From: Nitrospirota bacterium | GTDB lineage: Bacteria; Nitrospirota; UBA9217 | Assembly: GCA_963840455.1 (NCBI GenBank) | Contig: CAWIYV010000014.1 | Coordinates: 512,001 to 576,000, forward strand | Reading direction: 5' to 3' | DNA: 64,000 nt | Shown here: piece by piece, positions 27,767 to 39,145 of the stretch | How positions within the stretch are numbered: the first letter of the stretch is position 1 | How the letters are laid out: every line of letters starts with the position of its first letter | Notes under the pieces: generated by a model | Seen by the model: only the letters and a program-made list of their open reading frames with translations | What the model was told of the DNA's origin: nothing | Databases searched by the model: none | Translations under genes and position numbers: made by a program

Positions 27767-28228
27767 TTATTTCTCAGCTATCGCTTTCATGATGCTGTTC
27801 TTAATGTTCTGATAAAAGGGCAGAAGCTGCGGCATGAGCTCTTTCGGTCCGACTTCAGTGTCCCCGGATACCTCGCCGGTCTGAAACTCCATCTCTACGG
27901 TGCTGTCCGCGACCTTCACCTTCAGCGTATACCCGACCGTTCCTTCATGGAAATGAAGCTGGAATGAATCAACCGGTTTTGACCACCGATAGGACCCTTT
28001 TGCGGTGATCGTTCCTGATCCTTTATCGGACTGTTGCACGATGTTTTTGCCGCCCTGGTAGTGTTCCGACAACCAGTTTGATGCGGCCAGGAATGCGGCG
28101 TCTTTTGTCTTGTGATGCTCCTCGCTGAATGTAACCGCTCCTTCCCCCTTATCCCCCGGGTCGTGAACAGCGGGCAGTCCCGCACATCCTGCGAGCAGCA
28201 AAGCCAATGCCAACGCAACGTTCTTCAT
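27767..28228 (-). CDS. Lipoprotein (DUF4468-like)
   Basis: Lipobox LAGC and VQQSDKGSGTITAKG. Confidence 0.7.
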   Translation of the reverse strand: MKNVALALALLLAGCAGLPAVHDPGDKGEGAVTFSEEHHKTKDAAFLAASNWLSEHYQGGKNIVQQSDKGSGTITAKGSYRWSKPVDSFQLHFHEGTVGYTLKVKVADSTVEMEFQTGEVSGDTEVGPKELMPQLLPFYQNIKNSIMKAIAEK

Positions 28229-28313
28229 AATAACGCTTTGCCTCCTTATTTGTGATAGCTGTTGAATTCGCGCAATTCGTATTGCATATCCATTGGATAT
28301 CCCGTGGTTCATC

Positions 28314-29480
28314 CTATGATGTCCTGAGCGCCTCCACGATGTTCATCCTGGCTGCGCGGAACGCCGGCAGGACGCCGCCCACGAACCCCATGATGAACGA
28401 GAAGACGAGCGACCGCGTCACGATGTCCGGTGTGAGGGCAAAGGAGAAGGCGAGCTCCGAGAAGGTCTGCCAATTGACGGTCGAGACGGTGAAGAGCTGC
28501 AAAAAGGACGAGAAGAAAAGCCCCATGACGCCGCCGGCGAGGCCCAGCAGCAGGGACTCCATCAGGAACGCGGCCATGATGCTCCTTCTGCGGAAGCCCA
28601 GGGCCCGGAGCGTGCCGATCTCGGCGGTGCGGTTGGCCACGGCCGCGTACATGGTGATCATGGCGCCAATGACCGCGCCAAGGGAGAAGATGAGGGTGAG
28701 CGTCATGCCCATGATCCTGAGGAAGGTGGCCATCATCTCGGACTGGTCGCTGTAGTACTTCGTCTCGCGCTTCGCCTCCACGGTGAGGCGGGGGTCAGTC
28801 TCGAGACGCTCTTTCACCTTCGGGAGCTCCGCCGCGTCCCGCAGGCGGAAGAGCACGGATGAATAGACCGGCCTGCGGAAGGCCTGCATGAGCTGGTCCA
28901 CGTCGCCCCAGATCTCGGAGCTGAAGCCCGTCGCTCCCGCGTCGAAGGTCCCCACCACGGTCCAGTCCCGCATGCCGAAGCGCAGCGTCTCGTTGATCCC
29001 GCCGCCCTTGAACCGTTTCGCCACGCTCTGGCCTGCGATCACTTCCAGCGACCCGGGCCGCGGCATATGACCCTCGATGAGCCTTACCTGCGGCCGGAGC
29101 GCGAGCGACTCCTGGCTGATCCCCCGGATCACTACGTTCGATGGCTTGTCCGTGCCGCGCTTGGGCAGGGAGATGAGGACGACCATCTCCTTGGCCAGGA
29201 GCAGCCTGCCGTCCGTGCCGACGGCGATCTCCGGCTGGGTCGCGACCAGGGCGGCCTGATCCCGGTCCACTCCGCTCTGCACCTCCGACTGCGAGGCCTT
29301 GCGGATCACGACCATGTTGTCGGTCGAGCCGGTCGCGATCAGTGTCTTCCGGAGTCCCGCGGCCAGCATCAGGGTCGCCGCGAATACGAAGACAACAAGC
29401 GCCATGCCCGAGGCGGTCAGCACCGTGGTAAGACGGCGGGTCCAGAGGTTCCGGAAGCTGTAGAAGAAAGGGATAGCCAT
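28314..29480 (-). CDS. ABC transporter permease (FtsX/MacB-like)
   Basis: RTAEIGTLRALGF and PAFRAARMNIVEALR. Confidence 0.9.
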   Translation of the reverse strand: MAIPFFYSFRNLWTRRLTTVLTASGMALVVFVFAATLMLAAGLRKTLIATGSTDNMVVIRKASQSEVQSGVDRDQAALVATQPEIAVGTDGRLLLAKEMVVLISLPKRGTDKPSNVVIRGISQESLALRPQVRLIEGHMPRPGSLEVIAGQSVAKRFKGGGINETLRFGMRDWTVVGTFDAGATGFSSEIWGDVDQLMQAFRRPVYSSVLFRLRDAAELPKVKERLETDPRLTVEAKRETKYYSDQSEMMATFLRIMGMTLTLIFSLGAVIGAMITMYAAVANRTAEIGTLRALGFRRRSIMAAFLMESLLLGLAGGVMGLFFSSFLQLFTVSTVNWQTFSELAFSFALTPDIVTRSLVFSFIMGFVGGVLPAFRAARMNIVEALRTS

Positions 29481-29511
29481 GATGAAAACCCATTCAATAT
29501 TCAGGATTGGC

Positions 29512-29621
29512 GCTCCCTGCAGCAAGCTGCAGGGAATCTTCGATCCTCAGGGTTGGTTATTATCCTAATCGCTCGCTAGCCCCGCGGCAAGCTACGGGGA
29601 ATGCGCTCGCTCCTGGATTCA
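29512..29621 (+). repeat. Copy of the ~112-bp repeat, between the two permease genes
   Basis: GCTCCCTGCAGCAAGCTGCAGGGA...CCCCGCGGCAAGCTACGGGGAATGCGCTCGCTCCTGGATTCA. Confidence 0.9.
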
Positions 29622-29692
29622 CCATTCAAGAGTAAGATGCCGATGCCGTCATGATCATATTGAATTTTGAACATTGAATCTTCGGTCCGTAA

Positions 29693-30850
29693 TTACGCTA
29701 TCCTTCTCAGTCCGTCTGCGATCCGGATGGTCGCGCCGCGCCAGGTGGGGAATATCCCGGCGACCGTTCCGACGATGAAGGCGGCCAGCAGGTCAAGGTA
29801 GATGGTCTCAGGCGTGATCCGGAAGACCGGGATGAACTGCCCCAACTTCTGGCCGGTCCATTGGGCGGCAGGAAAGGAGAGCGCCACACCCAGCACCCCC
29901 CCTGCCATGGCGATGACGAGGGACTCGCCGAACACCACGCCCGCCACATGCCATGCGCCGAAGCCCAGTGTCTTCAGCGTGGCGTACTCGGCGATGCGCT
30001 CCCGGGCCGTCATGGCCATGGTGTTCGCGGCCACGACCATGATGATCACGATGACCACATAGGAAACGAGCCGGATGGCGATGATAATGGCCTCGGTCAT
30101 GGACACGAAGCTCATCTGGAACGCCCGTTCCGTCTCGGTGAGCGTCTCGGCCAGGGAGTTCTTGAACATGCCGTCGACGAAGAGCGAGACCTCAGCTGCC
30201 AGGTCCGCGCTGGAGAGCCCCAGGACGTAGATGCCCACCATGTTGGCCCGGCGCGGGATGGTCTTCTTCATCACCTCGTTCCAGTAGTCCCAGTGAAAGA
30301 AGAATTGCGTCTCATCAGTGCTCTTTTCCGCTCCCTGGTAGATGCCGCGGACGACGAATTCCCAGTCGCCTGGACTGATGGTCCCTTTCAGGACGACGGT
30401 ATCGCCGATCTTCCAGCCGAACCGCTCGGCAATGTTGCGCCCGACGACGCACCCCTTCCGGTCCAGGATGAACGCTTTTTTCTGCTCGGGAGGGAGCACG
30501 AATTCCGGGTACAGGTCGAGATAGGTCTTCGCGTCCACGGCGAAGTTGGGGAAGAAGTTCTTCTCGGTGATGTACACGCCGCCGAACCAGTTCGCGTAGG
30601 ATACTCCCCTGACGCCGGGCACCTGGCGTATCTTCTCACGGTAGGAGAGGGGCAGGGAGAACACGAGCGAGATGGCGTTCCGGGTGACGAGCCGCGACGC
30701 CGACGACGATTCCACGCCGAGGTACCATGCGGCGACGAGGGTGCGCAGGAGCCCGAAGGCCAGGACGGCAATGGCGACGCCGACGACGGTGAGCGAGGAC
30801 CTAAGCTTGTGGCGCAGGGCGTTCCGGAGGATCAGTTTCAGAAGGAACAT
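29693..30850 (-). CDS. ABC transporter permease (FtsX/MacB-like)
   Basis: [14 protein letters not shown] and TM pattern. Confidence 0.9.
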   Translation of the reverse strand: MFLLKLILRNALRHKLRSSLTVVGVAIAVLAFGLLRTLVAAWYLGVESSSASRLVTRNAISLVFSLPLSYREKIRQVPGVRGVSYANWFGGVYITEKNFFPNFAVDAKTYLDLYPEFVLPPEQKKAFILDRKGCVVGRNIAERFGWKIGDTVVLKGTISPGDWEFVVRGIYQGAEKSTDETQFFFHWDYWNEVMKKTIPRRANMVGIYVLGLSSADLAAEVSLFVDGMFKNSLAETLTETERAFQMSFVSMTEAIIIAIRLVSYVVIVIIMVVAANTMAMTARERIAEYATLKTLGFGAWHVAGVVFGESLVIAMAGGVLGVALSFPAAQWTGQKLGQFIPVFRITPETIYLDLLAAFIVGTVAGIFPTWRGATIRIADGLRRIA

Positions 30851-30953
30851 GCTCGGCCCCCCTAGGGGAACATCCAACAGCATTTTTCCAAAGAGGTCAC
30901 AACGTTCACCGAGAAAGGTACAAGCAGCTGCTGGCGAGCTATCAAGCCCGCGC

Positions 30954-31031
30954 CGTCATGCCGAGTGCTTCTCTCGGGGAAGCCAGGGTCATGCGATCGA
31001 CGACTGGATTCCCGTTTTCACGGGAATGACG
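30954..31031. repeat. REP-like palindrome pair
   Basis: CTGGATTCCCGTTTTCACGGGAATGAC with a degenerate left partner, CGTCATGCCGAG...CTCGG. Confidence 0.6.
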
Positions 31032-31105
31032 GAATACGAGAGAAACAGAGGCCGATCCGCACGACTGCCTGCCCTCTCAACCTCTTATCCTCCCCCTTCG
31101 GCCGT

Positions 31106-31804
31106 TCACCTGCTATTATCGCTCAGCACGCCCTTTTCCAGGTGGCGGACGAGGTGGGCCCGCTCCGCAGCCCGGGGATCATGGGTCACCATGATGATGG
31201 TTTTGCCGAACTCCTTGTTCAGCCGCCCCATGAGGCCCAGCACGTCCTCGGCCGAGACGCGGTCCAGGTCCCCCGTGGGTTCGTCGGCAACGAGGATGGT
31301 CGGGTCCGTCACCACGGCGCGGGCGATGGCAACGCGCTGCTGTTGGCCGCCGGAGAGCTGGGAAGGGTAGTGGTCCATGCGGTCCTGGAGGTTCACGACG
31401 GCAAGGGCCATCTCGACATGCTCGCGCCGCTCCCTGCGGGAGAGCCCGGTGAGCAGGAGCGGCAGCTCCACGTTCTCGTAGGCCGTGAGCACGGGCATAA
31501 GGTTGTAGAACTGGAAGATGAACCCAACGTTGACGGCGCGCCACTGCGCCAGGTCGGTCTCGGAGAGGGACGAGATGTCCACGCCGCCGATGGTCACCGT
31601 GCCGCTGTCCGCCTTGTCGATGCCGGCGAGGATGTTGAGCAGCGTGCTCTTGCCCGAGCCCGACGGGCCCATGAGCGCCAGGAACTCGCCGTCACAGATC
31701 TCGAAGGTGATGTCCTCGAGCACCGGCACGGTCTGGGCCCCGCGCCGGTAGGACTTGTTGATGTTCCTAATGGAGACTATGTTCTGGGGGCAGCGCTGTT
31801 CCAT
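31106..31804 (-). CDS. ABC transporter ATP-binding protein
   Basis: [16 protein letters not shown] and ADEPTG. Confidence 0.95.
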   Translation of the reverse strand: MEQRCPQNIVSIRNINKSYRRGAQTVPVLEDITFEICDGEFLALMGPSGSGKSTLLNILAGIDKADSGTVTIGGVDISSLSETDLAQWRAVNVGFIFQFYNLMPVLTAYENVELPLLLTGLSRRERREHVEMALAVVNLQDRMDHYPSQLSGGQQQRVAIARAVVTDPTILVADEPTGDLDRVSAEDVLGLMGRLNKEFGKTIIMVTHDPRAAERAHLVRHLEKGVLSDNSR

Positions 31805-31918
31805 ATTGAGGACCAGGGGTCAGGGTACAGGGGTTAGGAGCCAGGGGTCAGGAGAGTCATCGAGAAGACAATTCTTCCAGTTCCTGTATTCTGGCTTCTG
31901 ACTTCTGGCTCCTGTTCT

Positions 31919-33088
31919 TTACTTTTCCTTTCGTTTCACCTTCGAGCCGTTCCTGAGCTTCTTCGGTGGGTTCACGACGATCTTCTCTCCCGGCTTGATG
32001 CCTTCCCGGACCTCGATCTGGTCGCCGATCTTCCCGCCCACAGTCACGGCCGTTTCCACGGCCTTGTCGTCCTTCACGATGAAAACGACCTGTTTCCCGT
32101 TCCGGGAGACGAGGGCTGCCGGGTTCACTGCGGTCCGCGGTGTTTCTTCTTCGCGCGTGATCCCCCGTTCCAGGAACGCCACGCGCGCGCTCATCTCGGG
32201 CAGGACACGCGGGTCGCGCTCGGCGAAGCGGACCTTTACCATCACCGAGGCCTTGCTGCGGTCTGCGGTGGGCACGATCATATGCACCGCGCCCGGGAAC
32301 CGGCTGTCCGGCAGGGCGTCCAGCTGGATCTCGCAGGGCTGGCCCACCTTCACCCTGGCGAGGTTCGACTCCGACACATCCACCTCGACCTGGAGAGAGG
32401 CCATGTCCGCGATGGTTACGACCGAGGCCTTCGCATTGGCGGCGGCCCCGAGGGGCGTCACGATGTCGCCCACGTCAGCGTTCTTTGTCAGGACCACGGC
32501 GTCGAAGGGCGCGCGGATCAGGGTGTATTCCACCGCGACCTGCGCCGACCGCAGGGCCGCTTCTGCGCCAATGACCGCGGCATGGGCCCGTTTCAGGCGG
32601 GTGTCTGCGGCGTCCAGCTCGGACTGGGCCACATACCCCTTTTCACGCAGCTCTTTCATGCGGCTGAAGTTCTGCTCGGCGTCGGCAAGGTCCGCTTTCG
32701 CGCTGCTCACGCCGGCAACGGCCTGGTCGCTGGCCGCCAGGACGTCTCTGTTCTCGAGGCGGGCGATGATCTCGTTGGTCCTGACCCTGCTCCCTTCCTC
32801 CACGCCGAGCCATTCCAGCCTGCCTGTAGCCTTGGAGGCCACTGCCGCCTTGCGCTGTGCCACGACGTACCCGCTTGCGTTCAGGAGCGTAAAGGACTGG
32901 GAGGGGTAGACCCGCGCCACGACCGCGGTCTCCACCTCGACGGCGGGGTTGACGACAAATGTGACTACAACAGAGAGCGCCACGATGATGCCGATGGCGA
33001 TGAGCCCCCATCGGGGGATCTTCTGTTTGCGCTGGAAGTTCGCGCCCGATTTGTCGAGCTTCAACTTCGACAGGTCGCTGTTCGTCAT
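31919..33088 (-). CDS. Efflux periplasmic adaptor (MacA-like)
   Basis: N-terminal TM, coiled-coil hairpin, IRAPFDAVV and VLPEMSARV. Confidence 0.9.
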   Translation of the reverse strand: MTNSDLSKLKLDKSGANFQRKQKIPRWGLIAIGIIVALSVVVTFVVNPAVEVETAVVARVYPSQSFTLLNASGYVVAQRKAAVASKATGRLEWLGVEEGSRVRTNEIIARLENRDVLAASDQAVAGVSSAKADLADAEQNFSRMKELREKGYVAQSELDAADTRLKRAHAAVIGAEAALRSAQVAVEYTLIRAPFDAVVLTKNADVGDIVTPLGAAANAKASVVTIADMASLQVEVDVSESNLARVKVGQPCEIQLDALPDSRFPGAVHMIVPTADRSKASVMVKVRFAERDPRVLPEMSARVAFLERGITREEETPRTAVNPAALVSRNGKQVVFIVKDDKAVETAVTVGGKIGDQIEVREGIKPGEKIVVNPPKKLRNGSKVKRKEK

Positions 33089-33219
33089 GGGTGGCCCCTT
33101 GAAAAATGTTCAACGGATGTGTACCGTTCCAATTTTCGCACACGGTCGGGCTTTGCGCAAGGGTAAATGTGGCGGAGGACGATGTTGATGCGGTATCAGC
33201 GGGACAGGTATGCGAACGG

Positions 33220-33870
33220 TCAGGGATTTATCAGGAACTCGTCGGTCTCGGTCCTGTTGTTGGTGACGATGACGCGGCGGCCTTCGATCCGGACCCGTCC
33301 CTCGGCATAGAGCTGGATGGCGCGAGAGTAGATCTTGTGCTCCTGCTTCAGGATGCGCGCAGAGAGCGTGTCTTCCGTATCATTGTCGAGGATGGGCACC
33401 ACTGCCTGGATGATGATGGGCCCCGTGTCCATGCCCTCGTCCGCAAAGTGGACGGTGCAGCCCGAGAACTTGACGCCGTGTTCCAGCGCTGCCTTCTGCA
33501 CGTGCAGTCCGGGGAAGGACGGCAGCAGGGCGGGGTGGATGTTCAGGACGCGATGGGGGAACGCCGTGAGCAGCGTCGGCGTGATGATGCGCATGAAGCC
33601 CGCGAGGGCGACGAGCTCCGCGTTGTGCTTCTGCAGCTCCTTCACGAGCAGCGCATCGTACTCGTCGCGCCTGTCTTTGTATCCTTTCGCGCTCACATGA
33701 ACGCCGGGGATATGATGCTTGCGCGCCCGCTCCAAAGCATAGGCGTCGGCCTGGTCGCTGATGACCACGGCAAGCTCGGCGCTGAGCGACCCCTTCTCGA
33801 TGTTGTCGATAATGGCCTGGAGATTGGAACCGCGGCCGGAGACGAGGACGCCGATACGGACTTTCTTCAT
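33220..33870 (-). CDS. purN: Phosphoribosylglycinamide formyltransferase
   Basis: SGRGSNLQA, NIHPALLPSFPG and DTGPII. Confidence 0.97.
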   Translation of the reverse strand: MKKVRIGVLVSGRGSNLQAIIDNIEKGSLSAELAVVISDQADAYALERARKHHIPGVHVSAKGYKDRRDEYDALLVKELQKHNAELVALAGFMRIITPTLLTAFPHRVLNIHPALLPSFPGLHVQKAALEHGVKFSGCTVHFADEGMDTGPIIIQAVVPILDNDTEDTLSARILKQEHKIYSRAIQLYAEGRVRIEGRRVIVTNNRTETDEFLINP

Positions 33871-33954
33871 GGAGAAAACCTCATGGGACGGCGGTCGGAA
33901 TAAAGGTCGGCAGTCAGGAGAATTTCGACCGACGACTATCGACAACCGACTGGT

Positions 33955-34986
33955 TCACTTTTCTGCATACTTCACTCCCGGCCTGCCCTTGATGATCTCG
34001 CCGATGCGGTATGGCTTCTCGCCGAGCTTCGCTGCCTTCTTCATGACCGCATCCGCCTGCTTCTTCGGGACCGCGATGACCATGCCGATGCCCATGTTGA
34101 AGGCGCGGTACATCTCTGCATCGTCAACGCCCGACTTCTTCTGCAGGAGCCGAAACACGGGCGGGATGTCCCAGGTCTTCCTGCGGATGAGCGCCTGGGT
34201 CCCCTTGGGCAGCATCCGCGGGGTGTTCTCGGTGATGCCGCCGCCGGTGATGTGCGCCATGCCGCGGATGTCGAAGTCCTTCATGAGCGCAAGCACGGTC
34301 TTCACGTAGATCCTTGTCGGGGCGAGCAGCACGCTCCCGAGCGTGCCGGCGCCCAGTTCGGTCAGCGTGTCGTCAACGCCGTAGCCGGCCTTCTCGAGCA
34401 GGACCTTCCGGACGAGCGAATAGCCATTGCTGTGGAGTCCCGAGGAAGCAAGGCCGATGAGCTGGTCTCCGGGCTTGATGCGGGACCCGTCGACGATGTC
34501 CTTCTTCTCCACCACGCCCACGGCGAACCCGGCGAGGTCGTATTCGTCCTCGGCGTAGAACGATGGCATCTCGGCGGTCTCGCCGCCGATCAGCGCGCAG
34601 CCCGCCTGTTTGCAGCCGTCGGCGATGCCCTTCACGATGTTGGCGTGGTCCTCGGGCTTAAGCCTGCCCGTGGCGAAGTAGTCCAGGAAGAAGAGGGGCT
34701 CGGCGCCCTGCACGACGATGTCGTTCACGCACATGGCCACCAGGTCGATGCCCACGGTATCATGCTTGTTCATCAGGAAGGCGATCTTGAGCTTGGTGCC
34801 CACGCCGTCGGTGCCGGACACGAGCACCGGGTTCCGGTACTTCTTCAGCGCGAAGAGACCGCCGAACCCGCCGATGTCGGTCAGGACCTCGGGACGGAAG
34901 GTTGACTTGACGAAGGGCTTGATCTTCTGGACGAAGAGGTCGCCGGCGTCGATATCCACTCCGGCGTCCTTGTAGGTTATGGCCAT
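33955..34986 (-). CDS. purM: AIR synthetase
   Basis: [24 protein letters not shown] and GLHSNG. Confidence 0.97.
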   Translation of the reverse strand: MAITYKDAGVDIDAGDLFVQKIKPFVKSTFRPEVLTDIGGFGGLFALKKYRNPVLVSGTDGVGTKLKIAFLMNKHDTVGIDLVAMCVNDIVVQGAEPLFFLDYFATGRLKPEDHANIVKGIADGCKQAGCALIGGETAEMPSFYAEDEYDLAGFAVGVVEKKDIVDGSRIKPGDQLIGLASSGLHSNGYSLVRKVLLEKAGYGVDDTLTELGAGTLGSVLLAPTRIYVKTVLALMKDFDIRGMAHITGGGITENTPRMLPKGTQALIRRKTWDIPPVFRLLQKKSGVDDAEMYRAFNMGIGMVIAVPKKQADAVMKKAAKLGEKPYRIGEIIKGRPGVKYAEK

Positions 34987-35217
34987 ACAGCTCCTTTAAC
35001 AGGCTGAAATAAGGAATGAATCCCATGCCCGAACCGTCATCGTGCCGTCATATTTCGGGGCAGGCGCTGCGATCCAGGACCGCTGCCGCTCTCAGTGATC
35101 GGGCATGCAAATCCGGGTGTTCTGGGGACAAAATCGGTACGATACTACCGAGAACCCCTCGTGATGTCAACAGGTTTTCACTGCAGAGGAAGGAAGCGGG
35201 TGAAGCGGCAGGAGCGG

Positions 35218-35685
35218 CTATTTCGCGACTCTGCGCTGGATGTCCTGAACCGTGGGGTTGTGCAGGAGCTCAAGGAACCTGGGATTTGCCATGAGCGAGG
35301 CAATGTCCCCGGAGCTTACCGCGTTCAGGACCTCGGGGTCTTCGAGCGCTTTCGTGAACTGGGGATCGTCCTTGAGCGATGTGATCAAGCCCATGACCTC
35401 CGCATTGCTCAGCATCGTGTCCTGGAGGCTCTTCACATCGCCGGCCCGAGGGGATGGTGACGTTGAGCTTTGCGGGCGGATGGCCCGGACCTTGGCGTCA
35501 TCGATCGTGAGCGTGCCCAGGGAACCGGTCCTGATGGTGTATACGCCGCTGCTCAAGGACAGGACCTCGCCGGTGATGACGCTGCCGTCGATCAGTTCGA
35601 CCTCCTTGATCTCAGCAGCCGCTGAGCCCGCTGCCAGCAGACCGGTCATGAGCAGCGATAGAAGGAATGTTCGCACCATAGTCAT
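35218..35685 (-). CDS. Secreted hypothetical protein
   Basis: Signal peptide, VELIDGSVITGEV and STI1-like DPQF/NPRF repeats. Confidence 0.7.
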   Translation of the reverse strand: MTMVRTFLLSLLMTGLLAAGSAAAEIKEVELIDGSVITGEVLSLSSGVYTIRTGSLGTLTIDDAKVRAIRPQSSTSPSPRAGDVKSLQDTMLSNAEVMGLITSLKDDPQFTKALEDPEVLNAVSSGDIASLMANPRFLELLHNPTVQDIQRRVAK

Positions 35686-35686
35686 A

Positions 35687-36715
35687 CTATAACCCAGCTC
35701 TCTCAGTGTTGCAAGAGGGGTCTTTTCTGATGGAGCCCCTCGGAAGGTCCGGATCCGCGATGATCCTCGCGTCCCTGTTGTATTGTTCCCTGATGGCATG
35801 GATGTTCCGTCGGTTCTGGCCGATGGCGGAGGAGAGGTCCGCGGGGTTCACGGCGAAGGTGACGGGTGCGGACGCGTTCCCCGGCTCCAGGAGCGCGCGC
35901 ATGGACTCGAGGAACCGGGAGGATCCGACGAGCTGCCTGAACGCCGGATGCCAGGGCCCGGCGAGCACCGTGCCCGGGCGTTCGAGCTCTTCCGTAGGCT
36001 GGAGGCCGGCCCGGACAACGGCGATGCCCGCCGCTTCGAACCGTTCCATGGCGACGCGGCAGATGTCTACGGCATCGTCCAGGGACAGCGGCGCGTATTT
36101 TCCCGTGAGATAGAGATCCGCGAGAGGCGTGTCCCTGATCACGAGGGCGGGATAGATCCTGACGAAGTCGGGCTTCAGGGAGATGACCCTGCTGACGGTT
36201 TCATGAAATCGCGCTGCTGTGTCTCCCGGCAGCCCCGGCATGAGCTGGAGGCCGACGAGGAAGGCACGCTCCCGGAGCAGCGTGACGGCGCTCGCGGTGT
36301 GGGCGGCAGTATGCCCGCGACCCGAGAGCAGGAGCACCTCGTTGTCCATGGACTGGGCTCCGAGCTCAACGGTCCTGACGTGATAGTGCTTCAGGAGAGC
36401 GAGGATACCGGGCGTGACAGCGTCAGGCCGGGTGGAAAGGCGGATGCTCTCTATCCGGCCTGCTGCAAGGAATGGCTGAACCGCACCGAGGAACCTTTCC
36501 TGGTCCTCCATGGGGAGCGCGGTAAAACTGCCTCCGTAGAAGGCGACCTGGACCGGAACTTCCGGAGAAGCGGTCGCAAGATAGGATGAGATGGTCGAAG
36601 GAAAGGATGACGGATCAGGAGGCGCACTCTTCCCGGTGATGCTCTTCTGATCACAGAACACGCACTGGTGGGGACATCCTGCATGGGGGATGAAGAAGGG
36701 GATGATCATGCTCAA
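35687..36715 (-). CDS. Radical SAM protein (Elp3/YhcC-like)
   Basis: CPHQCVFC, FYGGSFT, STRPD and ELGAQS. Confidence 0.9.
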   Translation of the reverse strand: MSMIIPFFIPHAGCPHQCVFCDQKSITGKSAPPDPSSFPSTISSYLATASPEVPVQVAFYGGSFTALPMEDQERFLGAVQPFLAAGRIESIRLSTRPDAVTPGILALLKHYHVRTVELGAQSMDNEVLLLSGRGHTAAHTASAVTLLRERAFLVGLQLMPGLPGDTAARFHETVSRVISLKPDFVRIYPALVIRDTPLADLYLTGKYAPLSLDDAVDICRVAMERFEAAGIAVVRAGLQPTEELERPGTVLAGPWHPAFRQLVGSSRFLESMRALLEPGNASAPVTFAVNPADLSSAIGQNRRNIHAIREQYNRDARIIADPDLPRGSIRKDPSCNTERAGL

Positions 36716-36775
36716 AGCAGGAGACAGCAGTCAGGAGTCAGAATTCAGAAGGGAGCAAACGCAGCGGTAAGGCCG

Positions 36776-37489
36776 CTACTGCTCCTGGCTCCTGTCTCCT
36801 GACTCCTGACTTCTTAGTTTTTCCAGCGCCACTTTCGCCGCCCGCTGCTCGGCCTCCTTCTTGTTCCTGCCGGTCCCCCGTCCGCAGACCTCGCCGCGTA
36901 TTGAGATCTCGACCGTGAACTCCTTCCGGTGGTCGGGGCCGGTTTCAGATACGACGCGGTACTCCGGCAGGATCTTGAGCCGCTCCTGGCAGAGCTCCTG
37001 GAGCTCGGTCTTGTGGTCCGCTGTGCCGCCCGCGGTCCGGACCCGGTCAATCGTGTCCCTGAAGAAGCGGGTGATGAAAGCGCCGGCCGGTTCCATGCCG
37101 CCGTCCAGGTAGAGGGAGGCGACGAGGGCCTCGAGGCTGTCGGCAAGGAGCGAGTCCTTGTCCCGGCCGCCGGTCTGCTCTTCGCCACGGCCAACCAGCA
37201 GGAACTCGCCGAGGCCGATCGTCCGCGCCACTGCGGCAAGGGACGGCTCGCTCACCACGGCCGCCCGGATGCGGGAAAGCTCCCCCTCGGAAGCTTCGGG
37301 AAGGGCGTTCATGAGGAGCTCGCTCACGACGAGACTGAGGACGGAGTCCCCCAGGAACTCCATCCGCTCGTTGTGCTCAGACAGGCGGTTCTCGTTGGCG
37401 TAGGATTTGTGGGTAAGCGCGCGCTCCAGCAGGCGGGGATCATGGTAGGTGAAGGCGATCTGCTGCTGGAGCTCGCTGACGGGGCGCAT
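36776..37489 (-). CDS. rnc: Ribonuclease III
   Basis: NERMEFLGDSVL and a dsRBD (KTELQELCQ...KKEAEQRAA). Confidence 0.97.
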   Translation of the reverse strand: MRPVSELQQQIAFTYHDPRLLERALTHKSYANENRLSEHNERMEFLGDSVLSLVVSELLMNALPEASEGELSRIRAAVVSEPSLAAVARTIGLGEFLLVGRGEEQTGGRDKDSLLADSLEALVASLYLDGGMEPAGAFITRFFRDTIDRVRTAGGTADHKTELQELCQERLKILPEYRVVSETGPDHRKEFTVEISIRGEVCGRGTGRNKKEAEQRAAKVALEKLRSQESGDRSQEQ

Positions 37490-37490
37490 G

Positions 37491-38732
37491 CTACGGCCGG
37501 AACTTCCTGAATACGAGGGTGGCGTTGGTGCCGCCGAACCCGAAGGAGTTCGAGATGGCGATGTCCACCTGCTTCTTTCGCGCCGTGTTCGGTATGTAGT
37601 CCAGGTCGCATTCAGGGTCCGGATTCTCGAGGTTGATGGTCGGCGGCAGGATGCCGCGTTCGAGCGCGAGGATGCTGATGACGGCTTCGACGCCGCCGGC
37701 AGCACCAAGCAGATGGCCGGTCATGGATTTCGTGGAGCTGATGGGAACCCTGCGGGCATGGTCCCCAAACACGGTCTTGATGGCGATGGTTTCGAGTTCG
37801 TCGCCGTACTTGGTAGACGTGCCGTGGGCGTTGATGTAGCCAACCTCCGCGGGTGAGATGCCCGCGTCCTTGATGGCCATGTTCATGCACCGGGCCGCGC
37901 CCTCGCCGTTCGGCGCCGGGGAGGTAATGTGGTAGGCATCTCCCGACAGGCCGTAGCCGATGACCTCGGCCAGGATGGTCGCGCCGCGCCCTTGGGCGAA
38001 CGCCAGGTCCTCCAGGACAATGATGCCCGAACCCTCGCCCATGACGAAGCCGTCCCGTTCCGCGTCGAAGGGGCGGCTCGCGCGTCCGGGCTCGTTGTTC
38101 CTTGTCGAGAGCGCCTTCATGGCGTTGAAGCCGCCGACGCCCAGCGGGCATATGCAGGACTCCGCGCCGCCGGCGAACATGGCATCGGCATCACCGCGCT
38201 GGATGATCTTGAACGCGTCGCCGATGGAGTGCGTGCCCGTGGCGCATGCCGTGACCGCGCAGGAGTTGGGGCCTTTTGCGCCAAAACGCATGGAGATGTG
38301 GCCGGCCATCTCATTGATGATCGACATGGGAATGAAAAAAGGAGTGATCCGGCGATACCCCTTTTCCATATATGCGCGATATGCCCGCTCGATCGCGGGC
38401 AGCCCGCCGATGCCGGCGCCGGCGATGACGCCGATGCGGTCGGCGTTCTCCGGGGAGATCACGAGCTTTGCATCATCCATGGCCATCTGGCTTGCAGCAA
38501 CGGCCAGATGGATGAACCGGTCCATCTTCTTGATCTCTTTAGGCTCGATGTACTTGGCCGCATCGAAGCCTTTCACCTCGCCCGCGATCTGGGTAGGGAT
38601 CTCCTTGTCATCAAAATGGGTAATGGGGCCGATGCCGCTCTTGCCGGCGATCAAGCCTTCCCAGCTCGCTTCCGTATCCAGACCGACGGGGGTGACCATG
38701 CCGACACCGGTGACCACGACTCTGCGATTCAA
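37491..38732 (-). CDS. fabF: 3-oxoacyl-ACP synthase II
   Basis: [21 protein letters not shown] and NSFGFGG. Confidence 0.97.
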   Translation of the reverse strand: MNRRVVVTGVGMVTPVGLDTEASWEGLIAGKSGIGPITHFDDKEIPTQIAGEVKGFDAAKYIEPKEIKKMDRFIHLAVAASQMAMDDAKLVISPENADRIGVIAGAGIGGLPAIERAYRAYMEKGYRRITPFFIPMSIINEMAGHISMRFGAKGPNSCAVTACATGTHSIGDAFKIIQRGDADAMFAGGAESCICPLGVGGFNAMKALSTRNNEPGRASRPFDAERDGFVMGEGSGIIVLEDLAFAQGRGATILAEVIGYGLSGDAYHITSPAPNGEGAARCMNMAIKDAGISPAEVGYINAHGTSTKYGDELETIAIKTVFGDHARRVPISSTKSMTGHLLGAAGGVEAVISILALERGILPPTINLENPDPECDLDYIPNTARKKQVDIAISNSFGFGGTNATLVFRKFRP

Positions 38733-38854
38733 TGAAACACCTCCTGCTCATAAAATCCGAAAAGCCAAAAGACCCCCCTCGCTGGACAGGGGAGCGGCCT
38801 TCTGGCTTTCGGAACATGCTGAGAACACGACGATGATCAACCTATCGCCGTTGA

Positions 38855-39121
<267 letters not shown>

Positions 39122-39145
39122 CTATCCTGAACTTTGACTTTATAA

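Noticed and set aside
36776-37708. N-terminally extended RNase III, and extended starts for fabD, rpmF, queH and the M50 protease
   Set aside because: The extensions overlap upstream genes or repeats; downstream starts match the family N-termini.
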